The notes below the pieces were generated by a model. That model worked only from the letters and a program-made list of their open reading frames with translations, was not told the origin of the DNA and did no database searches. From the NCBI RefSeq assembly GCF_006345805.1, contig NC_043005.1, forward strand, positions 77,190,001-77,254,000: a stretch of DNA of 64,000 nucleotides, given 5' to 3'. Position 1 is the first letter of the stretch, and each line of letters starts with the position of its first letter. Shown one piece after another: positions 1-11,719 of the stretch. This DNA is from Octopus sinensis (lineage: Eukaryota). The position numbers and the translations under genes are program-made.

Positions 1-411
1 TACGAGAATATAAAAGCGATTATTCATTAGTTCATTATCACAACTTCATAAATCTTCTTGAATGCAATGGCAATCCATCACAGTGATATTCTCTGGAGAT
101 TTCTGACAGTTATATGAAGTGAGACATGTAAACTTAAGTTACCTGAAGGTTCGGGGATGATGAGAGAATGAAGGTGAAGCATTAACATAAAACTTTTGTC
201 AAACTCACCAATGAGTATTGCTTTGAGACCTTAATTGCTTAGAGCACACATCTCTTTAAGTTAATATACACAAGGGTAGTCATTTTAGAATCACAAACCA
301 AAGGAAAACTTATAACATTTATAATACCGTGACATCAAGTTCCCGGAAACTTATGGTCCAAATCCATTTCGAATTACTGATTTTTCCGAACCAGAGGTTA
401 GTCACACTCTG

Positions 412-650
412 GGCGCAGGCGTGGCTGTATGATAAAAAGCTTGCTTCTCAATCACATGATTCCAGGTTCAGTCCCACTGCGTGGCACCTTGAGCATATGT
501 CTTCAATTAGAGACTCGGGCCGACCAGGAGTGGATTTGGTAGACGAAAACTGAAAGAAGCCAGTCGTGTGTGTGTCTCCCTGTATCTGTGTTCGTCCTCC
601 ACCACCGCTTGACAAACGGTGTTGGTGTGTTTATGTCCCCGTATATAAAA
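412..650 (+). mobile_element. tRNA-derived SINE, family A (abundant octopus-type SINE), 5' part
   Basis: A/B-box-like head (GTGGCTGTATGATAA...GGTTCAGTCCC) followed by the family body GGCCGACC...GTGGATTTGGTAGACG.AAACTGAAAGAAGCC, seen in more than 10 copies in this window. Confidence 0.8.
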
Positions 651-664
651 ACGCACACACTGCT

Positions 665-880
665 TCATTCACTTGTCAGACTGCGATCATGCTGGAGCAC
701 GGCCTTGAATTTTAGTCGATGGAAGCGACATCGGATCTTATATTTTCTTTAAGCCGAGTATGTGTTCAATTAATTACTTTTGCCGGATCGTCAGGTTACA
801 AGGACGTAAACACACCAATGTTGGTTGTCAAGTGGTGGAGGAGAAAACATACACACACACAGACATATACATACACACAC
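665..880 (-). mobile_element. SINE family A, 3' half, inverted relative to the preceding copy
   Basis: Reverse complement matches family 3' motifs GCTCCAGCATG and GGTGTGTTTACGTCC. Confidence 0.7.
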
Positions 881-904
881 ACAAACGCACTAGCACGCTT
901 TATG

Positions 905-995
905 TATCCACCCCGACAGGATGAAAGGCTAAGTCCACCTCGGCGGAATTTGAACTCAGAGCATAAGGACAGACGAAATTCCGGTGAGCCTCGGA
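905..995 (-). mobile_element. CORE-type SINE (family B) fragment
   Basis: rc GAGTTCAAATTCCGCCGAGGTGGACTTAGCCTTTCATCCTGTCGGGG matches the family B core seen at 30.8 and 60.5 kb. Confidence 0.7.
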
Positions 996-1077
996 AATAT
1001 TAAAAAACGATATATTCAGAACACTCACTACCCATGAATTACTTCAGAACAATTCCATTCCCTACTGCTACTTTTTG

Positions 1078-1131
<54 letters not shown>

Positions 1132-1271
1132 CTGAACGAAACTTTGAAGTCACTATCATCAGCATCGTTGTGTAAAAATAATAGATTTGTACTCTACAAA
1201 AGTATGCAGGAACCCAACAGGTTAATGTAATGGAAAATTGCTTTTATTTTAACTGAACATAGAAACAAACA

Positions 1272-1336
<65 letters not shown>

Positions 1337-1536
1337 TATATAATATAACTATATATGTATACATATATATACATATACATATATACGTATACACATATAT
1401 ATACATATATGGATATATGTTTATACATATATATATATATATACATATAGATAATATATATAAACATATATATACTATATAAATATACACATATATATAT
1501 ATGTATATACACACATATATATATACATATATATAT

Positions 1537-1567
<31 letters not shown>

Positions 1568-1867
1568 CATATATACATATATATATATATATATTTTTAT
1601 GTTTATATATATACTGCGAGTCAGCAAAATCGTTGGAGCGTCGAGTGCCTTGCAGTATCTGTTCCATTAATTGACGCTTTGAATTCAGAGACGCGTCTTA
1701 TCACTTTCTCACGGGAAGATGTTTCGCAACATCCCAACGATTTCTTTCAACTTATCAATCTCCATGACAGCAGAACTTGCACGCGGGAGTTGCCAATGAT
1801 AGGGTGATGCTTGATAGCTTAACAAAAATTATTGAATATGTATGCAAGCGCACATACACCAATTCAT

Positions 1868-1898
<31 letters not shown>

Positions 1899-1967
1899 TG
1901 TTTCTTTATTAGCCACACAGGGCTGCACACAGATAGAACAAATACAAGGTAGAGCTTTTCTTTTGAA

Positions 1968-2000
<33 letters not shown>

Positions 2001-2082
2001 GAGGGGGAGTTTCGATCAAAAAAGGGATCGTAAAAGGAGAGAAAGAGGACAAAAAAAAAGGGGGGGTTAAAAAAAAAAAAAT
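1899..2082 (-). mobile_element. 3' tail of a non-LTR retroelement embedded in (TAGA)n (possibly L1/Tx1 group)
   Basis: Second copy at 5890-6143; rc ends GCAGCCCTGTGTGGCTAATAAAGAAACA (AATAAA plus A-rich end); (TAGA)n on both sides; clade is inference. Confidence 0.55.
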
Positions 2083-2141
2083 AGTAGATAGATAGATAGA
2101 TAGATAGACAGATCGATAGAAAGACAGACAGATAGATAGCT

Positions 2142-2257
<116 letters not shown>

Positions 2258-2266
2258 GTAGATAGG

Positions 2267-2334
<68 letters not shown>

Positions 2335-2349
2335 GAAATCGTTTCCTTG

Positions 2350-2535
2350 TTTAAATTATTAGACTGTCGCTATGGAGAGGGGGCGCTGCCTTGAAGAATT
2401 TTAGTCGAACGACACCTGAACTTATTTCTTGTAAGCCTAACACTTTCTCTATTGGCGTCTTTTACCGAACTGTTATGTTACGGATGTGTAAACACACCAA
2501 CACAGGTTCTCAAGCGGTGGTGAAGGATGAGCGGA
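2350..2535 (-). mobile_element. SINE family A, 3' fragment
   Basis: Matches family 3' half on the minus strand. Confidence 0.65.
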
Positions 2536-2774
2536 TACACAAACATTCAAACACACATGTATATATATATATAATACAAAAATGTTTTGCGTTCCTGACA
2601 CATTTTTTGTATATAAAATATAAATATGGGTCTAGAGTCAAGAACGCAAAACATCCAATTTGGTGATACAAAAATGGGGCAACAAGACATCCAGACAGAC
2701 GACACAGAAAGAAACAAAAACGGGTCATTCGGAGTTTTCTTTCCTCAGTCGAGTTCCAGATTATCTTTGCAATT

Positions 2775-2947
2775 TACAAGCACATATACATATATCGTCA
2801 CAAACATTTTTGAAGATTGCGCCTATCAATATGTATAGAGATTTCTATGCACGCGTACACACACATGTATACCCAGTTAAAATCATGTGTGTATGTATGT
2901 ATGTATGTATGTATGTATGTATATATATACGAAGAAATACGTACACG

Positions 2948-2992
<45 letters not shown>

Positions 2993-3162
2993 GTGTGTGT
3001 GCGTGTATGTATTTCTTCGTATATATATACATACATACATACATACACACATGATTTTAACTGGGTATACATGTGTGTGTACGCGTGCATAGAAATCTCT
3101 ATACATATTGATAGGCGCAATCTTCAAAAATGTTTGTGACGATATATGTATATGTGCTTGTA
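2775..3162. repeat. Near-perfect 388-bp palindrome centred on (AT)n
   Basis: TACAAGCACATATACATATATCGTCACAAAC... is the reverse complement of ...GTTTGTGACGATATATGTATATGTGCTTGTA; arms differ only in microsatellite unit number and about 2 substitutions; the mirror ORF pairs in the track agree. Confidence 0.95.
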
Positions 3163-3218
3163 TTACATACATATATATATATGTGTGTGTGTAGATAGAT
3201 AGATAGATAGATAGATAT

Positions 3219-3269
<51 letters not shown>

Positions 3270-3270
3270 T

Positions 3271-3323
<53 letters not shown>

Positions 3324-3959
3324 GGCAGACAGACAGCAAGGGCGAGAGAGAGAGAGCGCAAGAGAGAAAGAGCGTGATATATTCATAAATATATGTGTGT
3401 GTGTATATATATATATATATATAATCATATATATATGTACATATGTATGCAAACAGGCACCCCCCACGCACACACGTATGTACACGTGTATATATAAACA
3501 CGCGCTTCCTACACAGTTATATGTAAGCATAGATGGTTATGTGTCTGTGTGCACGTCAGTGTTTGTGAGTATGCGAGAGAGCATGCGCGTACCTGCTCGC
3601 GAGTGTGTATGCGTATACGTCATAGGAGTCAGTTATCTTTATTAACAGCCAAGAAAGGCAATAATGGTAAGCCAGGCACGTGTATATATCGACTTATTCT
3701 CGTAACATCACTAAAGCGCATGGTGCTCAATGTGAATCGCATTTTGCTATTTTGCTTAGAACATATCAGCTTTTCTAATACGGAAACAAACTGCAATAAT
3801 AAGGTTTAAAGTGAAAGAAATCCTACAACCTGAGTTCGTTTCTCAGCTAGAGCAGCGACTAGATTATAATCGCTAATTATTATTTATATGGAGATGACAA
3901 ACAGATAATGTAAACCAGGGGATGCTGCTTATATACTTTGTATTCGTTGACATCTTCCC

Positions 3960-4356
3960 ATTCATTGTATTGACACATATATATACACACACATGCATAT
4001 ATATATATAAAAATATATAAAGATATATATATATATACAAACATGTATTATATGCGTATATATGCATATATATACATAGATACATAAATATGTATTTATG
4101 TATATATACATACATATATGTGCATATTATATATATATATATATACATATATATACATATTATATATATATATATAATATATATATATTCATACATACAT
4201 ATGAATATAGAGATCTAGATATATGATAGTTGTAGTTATAGGTTTAATAGCTTCTATGTGTGTACGTATCTATGTATCCGTGCACCTTTCTCTCTGTCAA
4301 TATATATTTATAATCTATATAATATATATATATATATAGATATATATATATATGTA

Positions 4357-4426
<70 letters not shown>

Positions 4427-4455
4427 ATATTATATATATTATATATATATATATA

Positions 4456-4511
<56 letters not shown>

Positions 4512-4570
4512 TATATAATTTATATATAGAGGGCATATTAATTTATATATAGAGGGCATTAATATATAAA
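3960..4570. repeat. (TA)n-rich low-complexity tract
   Basis: Direct reading; source of the YI-repeat ORFs. Confidence 0.9.
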
Positions 4571-5624
4571 TTAAATATGTTCAATAAGAAATAATTTTTT
4601 TTCGAATTTTTCTCTTATGAGGTTTTTACGCTATCTACCTGACAATTTCTTGTTAAGTTTTCCTTATTAAGTGGTTGTCCTTAATTGCTAAATATATATA
4701 TATATATATTATATATATATATATATGTTATGTATATATATATTTATATATATATATACATATATATATTATATATGTCTCCCTGTTTCTACTCTCTCTC
4801 TCTCCTCTCCCTATTCTCACCCCCCTCTCTCTCCTCTCTCTCTCTCTCTCTCTTTCTGTTGATATATTTAGAGAGAGAGACGGGTGAGAGGAACATATAG
4901 ACAGATAGACAAATAATAAAAAAATAGATAGGTAACTAGATAGATAATAAATGAAGCGAAAACTAAATGGAAACAGATGGAAATAACGATATTAATAGGC
5001 ACAGTGCCACAAACAAGCCCCCTTCAAGCGAATAAAAGAAAATAAACTAAATATGCACTAAACATACATAACGATGACCGACTTAGTGACCACTATCATG
5101 GCGGACAAAATCAATTTACAGAACAAAAACGCATGTGTCTAGGGAAATGTAATACAAGTATAAAGGAATAAATGCAAGAGAATAACACCTTAGGTGTATG
5201 AGGACCCGACTAATAACAATAGAAATACATTCAGGTAATTAGTGTGGAATGGTGTCAGTGAGCAGATCGAATTTAGTGCGACGAAAATGTCCGCAGTTCA
5301 TGAAATAAATTGAATGGGAATTTCAGAGTTTTGTGCTATATGCGTGTGTCATACTTGAAGTCAGTGTATCTGTGTGTATGTGCATATATATATATATATA
5401 TATAAATATATATATATATATGCTTGTGACTATCTATTCTCCCTATGGTTTTACTCGCTAAAGTTTGTCAATCGGCAGAAGCATTGCTTTGGGTAATTTT
5501 GTTGATCATATCGAGCCCGTTACCTATTTTTGCAATCAGGTAATTATATTTAACGATCTCTATTTTCCCGAAAGTGGACTCAAAGATAGAAATAAAAACA
5601 AGACTTAAACCACACATGTAGACA

Positions 5625-5669
<45 letters not shown>

Positions 5670-5889
5670 AATATGTATATGTATACATATGTGTGTGCGT
5701 GTTCTGCACAGTTACCGTGTTCTAACTTCATAAGCAACTAAAGGAAGGCACTTGTTTAAGTTGCCATGTAGTACGACCGAACCGCTATGATAAGTGTACA
5801 TATGCATATACAGGCATACCTATATACATACAAACATACATACACACATGCACTCATAAATACATGCATACATACATATATATAGATAT

Positions 5890-6238
<349 letters not shown>

Positions 6239-6486
6239 TTAATAACGATAAAGACCGTGCAGCGAAGAGTACACGGAATTACTCATCGTAATAATTCACG
6301 GAGCAACTAACCACTATCGTAGTCACTGATCGTTGTGGTTAGCCGTTAACTGGAACCTAACTGTGAGCTAATACGCTATCCGCACGGATAATATATCACA
6401 CCAACTCCATGTTGAACCGTTGAACTCTGTTCATTTTTCTCTCTCCTTTTGTTTTCATTCTCTCTCCATTTTTTTCCCTCATAATC

Positions 6487-6522
6487 CTTTCTGTCGAAGA
6501 GCGTAGACTCGAAAAGTAAAAG
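6487..6522 (+). ncRNA. Minimal type I hammerhead-like motif, A6U core variant (partly decayed)
   Basis: CTTT-CTGTCGA-A-GAGCgtagACTC-GAAA-AG-TA-AAAG: stem I CTTT/AAAG; homologous copy at 29555-29590. Confidence 0.55.
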
Positions 6523-7104
6523 ACTTTTCCATTTATCAAGCGCGTTAGACTAATACACCTGCTTGTTGTTCCTACATCTGTCTTCGTTTTTTTGTTTTTG
6601 ACACGTATAAAAAAAGGTAAGCGATGTAACGCACACATCAGACTGACATATGCACCGATAATTTAACAGTACGCAAGTTTGCTGCTTCAACGAAAGAATG
6701 CCTCACATTTTTCCACGATATTTTCGCCCAAAAGACTTATTTTTTTTATATCTGGCACTCTGTCGTTCTCCATATCAAAGTTAAGGGTTAAGAAAGGCCA
6801 ACCATGCAAAGCACAACTGTTCTTTACACATAGATGCACTGAATAACAGCAATCAAATAATGAAATCAGAGAGCACATCAGACGTCAGTGATCTGACTGT
6901 CGCCTGGACTCTTCACAAGAGATGTCAGTCTTTTCCACCTACCAGGCTCGTTCGTATTAGTCCGAGTTGCTGGATAATTTCTCTTTCCTTTAGGAATGTT
7001 CTAGAGCAGAAACTTTTCATAGATTGTAATTTAAATCCTAATGTCTATAAAAATTTATTATTTGAAAAAAACATTGAATTTGGATTACATTTAATGTTTA
7101 CGAT

Positions 7105-7410
7105 TATAGATAACGACTCGGGCTCTGACTTCTGAGCCCGAGTCAGGCGCGTGTGAACGAAGTCGAGAGAACGTCTGCTACGAATGATATTTTTTGACAC
7201 AGGGCACTTCTAAGACGACCGCCAGACGCTACACGAAAATAAATGAACTGCGGCCGGGCTGAATAAAAGGAGCCCGAGTTATTGTCTGCAATTACATACT
7301 TGAAATCAGTGTTGACAAGAATTAGATCAGCTTGACGATACATGTTCACTTTACTAAATTTATGCTCGGGCTAAGCCCGAACAGCCCGAGTGCCGGAATC
7401 GCCACTGACA
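7105..7410. mobile_element. MITE/DNA-transposon end fragment with repeated GCCCGAG motifs
   Basis: Perfect hairpin GACTCGGGCTC-8nt-GAGCCCGAGTC; about 27-bp inverted repeat (7105-7131 vs 7270-7297); ends GGAATCGCCACTG (CAGTGGCG-type terminus); partner TIR not found. Confidence 0.4.
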
Positions 7411-7412
7411 TA

Positions 7413-7456
<44 letters not shown>

Positions 7457-7541
7457 GGTAAGATAACAAAAGAAAGAAAGAGACCTCAATATTATGTAAA
7501 TAGAGGAAATTTATCTATACAATAATATGTTACATTACTCG

Positions 7542-7617
7542 ATAGTTAAGATAAAACTCTGAGTTTCAGATGCCGAAGTGGAAATCCACAACACCATCTC
7601 TTCGGTTATCTGGCTAT
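7542..7617 (-). ncRNA. Type I hammerhead ribozyme (U4C core) in left PLE arm
   Basis: Stem I AGATAA/TTATCT, core CCGAAGA, stem II GATG/CATC, (T)GAAA, stem III ACTC-A-GAGT, cleavage triplet GUU. Confidence 0.72.
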
Positions 7618-7827
7618 TTGAAAACGCTATGAAAACATACCGTTATACAAAGGGAAATTACTGTGTTATAACTCTGCTTGCCTGCGTACTTATACATCGC
7701 TCGCATTTTTCATCATAAAAATTATATAAAAATACATAAAAAATATATAAAAAATATATAAAAATATATAAAAATATATAAAATCTTCTTGGGACATAAC
7801 ATAGAAAGCATGTTCTATCTGCTTTCT

Positions 7828-8054
7828 TTAGGGGACCAAAAAACGTAACAGAAATTTAGTCACATGTGGGCATGATCCGAAAAGTTCTGTCCTTGTGTTT
7901 AGACATGTAGTAGGGTCTAAGCTGCTTTTCCAGATAAGCCATCTTTCCATGTCGCATAGACCGCACCTTCCGCTGCCGTTGGTATAGGGCTTACATCTGG
8001 CCAAGATCTTCCAATGTATGTTATAATCGACACCTTTATCTCTTAAAGACCAAA
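7828..8054 (-). pseudogene. PLE GIY-YIG C-terminal fragment with native end
   Basis: WSLRDKGVDYNIHWKILARCKPY..RCGLCD..LNTRTELFGSCPHVTKFLLRFLVP*. Confidence 0.88.
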
Positions 8055-8489
8055 ACACAACAAGAAAACAGCTGTTCATGCAGGAATAAAGAATTGTGCC
8101 CGCTAAATGGAGCTTGCATGTCCAAGACCATCATATATGAAGCTACCGTAAACTCTATAACCACTAAAGACACCGTTTCGACGAAGAAATACGTGGGCCT
8201 TACAGAGGGTAACTTCAAGGCCAGGTTCAATAACCACACTTTGAGCTTTAGGCACTGGAACAAAAGAAAAGTGACTCAATTATCTAATCATATTTGGTCT
8301 TTAAGAGATAAAGGTGTCGATTATAGCATACATTGGAAGATTTTGGCCAGATGTAAACCCTATACCAACGGCAGCGGAAGGTGCGGTCTATGCGACTTGG
8401 AGAGATGGCTTATCTGGAAAAGCAGCTTAGACCCTACTACATGTCTAAACACAAGGACAGAACTTTTTATATATTTTTATATATTTTAA
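8055..8489 (+). pseudogene. PLE GIY-YIG endonuclease fragment (Naiad-like, Cys-rich)
   Basis: TQQENSCSCRNKELCPLNGAC..IIYEATV..KKYVGLTEGNFKARFNNHTLSF..QLSNHIWSL..RCGLCD..LNTRTELF; no start or RT; native C-terminus lost by a ~100-bp deletion. Confidence 0.88.
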
Positions 8490-8619
8490 TATATTTTTTA
8501 TGTATTTTTATATAATTTTTATGATGAAAAATGCGAGCGATGTATAAGTACGCAGGCAAGCAGAGTTATAACACAGTAATTTCCCATTGTATAACGGTAT
8601 TTTTTCACAGCGTTTTCAA

Positions 8620-8695
8620 ATAGCCAGATAACCGAAGAGATGGTGTTGTGGATTTCCACTTCGGCATCTGAAACTCAGAGTTTTATCTTGACTAT
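8620..8695 (+). ncRNA. Type I hammerhead ribozyme (U4C core) in right PLE arm
   Basis: Same fold as 7542-7617; outer stem I ATAG/CTAT. Confidence 0.72.
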
Positions 8696-8722
8696 CGAGT
8701 AATGTAACATATTATTGTATAT

Positions 8723-8758
<36 letters not shown>

Positions 8759-8859
8759 GAGTGTAATAAATAAAATATATGCATACATACAAACATATAT
8801 GTACGTACCTACATCTACATGTATATATATATGCATATATAAATAAATATATACGTAAG

Positions 8860-9430
8860 TGCAGGACACCACAAAAAGACGTAGAACTGGACAGAAACGA
8901 AAATGGAAAAGCCATTTTTTTACAACAGAAAGACAGAGAAGTGGAACAGGACGAGAACGAAAACGGGAAAAACATTATTTACAACAGAAAAACAAGGTAC
9001 AAGACAAGCTACACAAGGAAAATCCACAATCAACAGCTGTCGCTAGTAGACTTAGCGTGTTTCGAAGGCAAGACAGGACACGACTCGTCAATACTAGGCC
9101 TTCCTGCGAGAGAATTAAAATAAAATAACCTCGCAGAGGGGTAAAACAAGCACGAAAAAAATGTAACACAAACAGGACGTAATAATAAAACTGCACAATA
9201 AAATACAAGATAAAAATACATGTACAAGAAAATACAAAACGAGAAATAAAATACAATACGAGAAATCAAAATAGACAAGAAAACAAACGAGAAAAACAAA
9301 CAAAAAGCCTTTGTTCTGGCTGGGACGGAAGAGGTTCTGGCAAGCGCATGGAAACATGACTTTACGGTTTGAAAGCAGCGTGCAAAAGGATTAGCAGTGA
9401 CAAAAGTAAGGAGGAGTGAGAGAGAGATAG
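8860..9430 (-). mobile_element. Non-coding pLTR-like repeat carrying a hammerhead
   Basis: Strong strand asymmetry, two ~65-bp tandem units at 8860-9000, hammerhead at 9043-9097; PLE origin is inference. Confidence 0.5.
9043..9097 (-). ncRNA. Type I hammerhead-like motif, C3U variant
   Basis: rc CTAGTA-TTGACGA-G...C-GAAA-CACGCTAAG-TC-TACTAG: perfect 6-bp stem I, GUC triplet, G10.1-C11.1; rest of stem II degenerate. Confidence 0.62.
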
Positions 9431-9578
9431 AGATAGATAGAGGAAGACACGCGGCTGAGAGAGAGATGAGGAAGAGGGAGAGAGAGAGGGGAAGGTAAAG
9501 CAAAGGGAGAGAATTTCGCGTCATAATTATATTATAAAACAATACTGGGAGGATAAGAAATGGAAATATATATATATC

Positions 9579-9614
<36 letters not shown>

Positions 9615-9641
9615 TTCTATATATATATATCTATATATATC

Positions 9642-9676
<35 letters not shown>

Positions 9677-9693
9677 CTATTTATAACTATATA

Positions 9694-9759
<66 letters not shown>

Positions 9760-9769
9760 TATAGGATAA

Positions 9770-10200
9770 ATTTTTTTTTCGGGAAAAAAATTTTATCAAT
9801 GGCCAGCATATCAAAAAATGCCTTTAAAGGTAAAATTTATACATAATTTACAAGATAAGGGCAGAAGAAAAATTCTAATGCCAGATATGCCGAAGCAAAA
9901 AATTGTTGATAACCATTATGATTTATGCGTCTCGAAACAAACCGATAGAAATCTCTAAAAAATTCGTTATTACCGTATTGGTCCAATTTCGGGGTTAATT
10001 CATAAGAAATTTTCCCCCCTTCAGCGGCAAATACGCGAGATATAAATGAAATACTTACTCATACCCATGGAAAAAGCAAACACTAAGTCCTGAGCAAACT
10101 TAAGTACCCCAAATATATCCAAAATAGAAAATCTTCGGCGCACCTGTTACAGCGTGGCTCAAGGGCCGAGAGTGTCAGGCATAGACACATATCACCCCCC
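9770..10200 (-). mobile_element. Non-coding pLTR-like repeat carrying a hammerhead
   Basis: Bounded by (TA)n tracts; hammerhead at 9970-10030. Confidence 0.5.
9970..10030 (-). ncRNA. Type I hammerhead-like motif with A9G
   Basis: rc TTGCCG-CTGAAGG-GGGG..CCCC-GAAA-TTGG-A-CCAA-TA-CGGTAA: all three stems pair; single core change A9G. Confidence 0.68.
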
Positions 10201-10225
10201 TCACACACACACATACATACATATA

Positions 10226-10287
<62 letters not shown>

Positions 10288-10344
10288 TATATATATATAT
10301 AGATAGATAGATAGATAGATAGATAGATTTTTGTGTGTGTGTGC

Positions 10345-11630
10345 TTATGTGTGTAAGCCGTTTAAAAGTCCAAAAGTCAGTGAAAAATGCACTCGTATAT
10401 CTGTCAGTAGAGCGGGTCTATTAATCGAATTGTGCAGTATTATATATCCATTACGGCTGATCTTACCAATGGGTTTCGTAGAACGGGTTCAACGGAGTGT
10501 TAGGTAACAATCCGATTAAGTAACTCTGCACTCTTCAGGGGTAGCCTTTATGGAATGTAATATAGTGACTGCTCTCTATTGTTGGAGTTAAATATACACA
10601 TCTTGCTTGTCGTTGCTACGAAAAAGTTGATGAAACGAGTCGAACAGGAGTTATTTCCTGTGGTATGAAAAACTTCATCTCTGGGAGTCATTTATTTTTT
10701 TTTTGCCAGTCGGCGAGAGTTTTCTGGAAAATAGTTTACATGTGTGTCTTTGAGTTTGGTATTCTTGTGGAAATGGAATGTGTGCAGTGGTAATACATGC
10801 AGGCTTTTGTATTCGTCAGTGTTCTCTTTCTTTTATGTTTTGGTTATATTCTTGGGGCGTTTATGTATGCTTGCCGTACGTGTAGGGATACAATATATGT
10901 GGGAGCTTATATTGGTGCTGGGTGAAAAAAATCTGTTGGGTGGCTGTCCACCGTGCTGGGGTGTGTGTGTGTTTGTTTGTGGGTGCGTTTTTTTTTTGTA
11001 TGTTCTGGTCAAAATCTTTGCCGGACTCTCAAGTATTGGCAGAGAGCTAAAGTTGGGAGACTGATGATTATAGTCATGATGGGGCACGTAGGTATGATAA
11101 CATGTTCTCTCTTTCATGTGGGCAAGGATTAAAAAATTTCCTTCTGCTGTTTAACTAGATGTATGGGTGCTGGGAGCGCTTTAAAATCGCTCTTCTTGCT
11201 GCTATTGAAATACGCTTTACATTTCTCTAGAATCCTCCACTTTACGCTGTACTCGGTGGTAGTTCTGTCAACGACTACACGTGCTTAGCCAGAGTTGTGG
11301 CGTTACTTCTCTCCGGGATGTTGAAGGAGGATCTGTGGTTGTTATAGCGCGTTTTGAAGTTTGCACATTTAGTTTTACTACTGTCGTGTCTGCTTCATAT
11401 ACAACGGTCTCCTAATTACGGTGTCCGTTCAGTGAACATGTGTTACCCCTACATGAGCCAACATCTTGCATCTTTTGCAGGCGTGGGTCTACCTACTAAA
11501 ATTCTTTTTGCATTCGGTGCAGACTAAAGGAAATTCTCAGGGTGTGCCAATTAAATATTTTGCTGGACCTATTTGTACTGGGGAAGTGTTTGTCTACTAA
11601 ACTAAGGAAAATGGTGGTGGTGGTGGTGGT
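10345..11630 (-). mobile_element. Decayed Naiad-type PLE: linker plus GIY-YIG, 3' UTR and hammerhead
   Basis: Across frameshifts on minus: FLSLVDKHFP, KIFNWHTLRISFS, SCRGNTCSLNGH..ETVVYEA, NFKTRYNNHRSSF..ATTLAKHV, YSVKWRILEKCKAY, LNSR..FNPCPH. Confidence 0.82.
10448..10553 (-). ncRNA. Type I hammerhead-like motif with long stem II
   Basis: rc GGCTACCC-CTGAAGA-G...C-GAAA-CCCATTGG-TA-AGATCAGCC; core intact, proximal stem I mismatched. Confidence 0.55.
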
Positions 11631-11719
11631 TATGATGATGATGAGAATGTGAAAATTTGTGACATCAAGCCACAAATTTCAATCGGCATTGAAAAATCGA
11701 CCTGGTTTGTTCTACAATG

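Larger units (their letters stand above)
7452..8718. mobile_element. Young Penelope-like element (Naiad-type) in head-to-head inverted arrangement
   Basis: Left arm 7452-8054 (minus) and right arm 8055-8718 (plus) are near-identical inverted copies of the GIY-YIG C-terminus, 3' UTR and hammerhead; inverted 5'-truncated pLTRs are an established PLE hallmark. Confidence 0.9.

Noticed and set aside
40-110. Minus-strand peptide KSPENITVMDCHC resembling a cystine-knot terminus
   Set aside because: Too short to distinguish from chance
2715-2770. CTGAGGA...GAAT on the minus strand as a hammerhead
   Set aside because: GAAT instead of GAAA, and no stem II or stem I pairing
7452-11630. Selenoprotein-type Naiad (in-frame UGA plus SECIS)
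   Set aside because: All readable Cys positions use TGY. The ATGA-containing hairpin at 10620-10690 pairs GATGAA/TTCATC directly and lacks a SECIS GA quartet on the element strand
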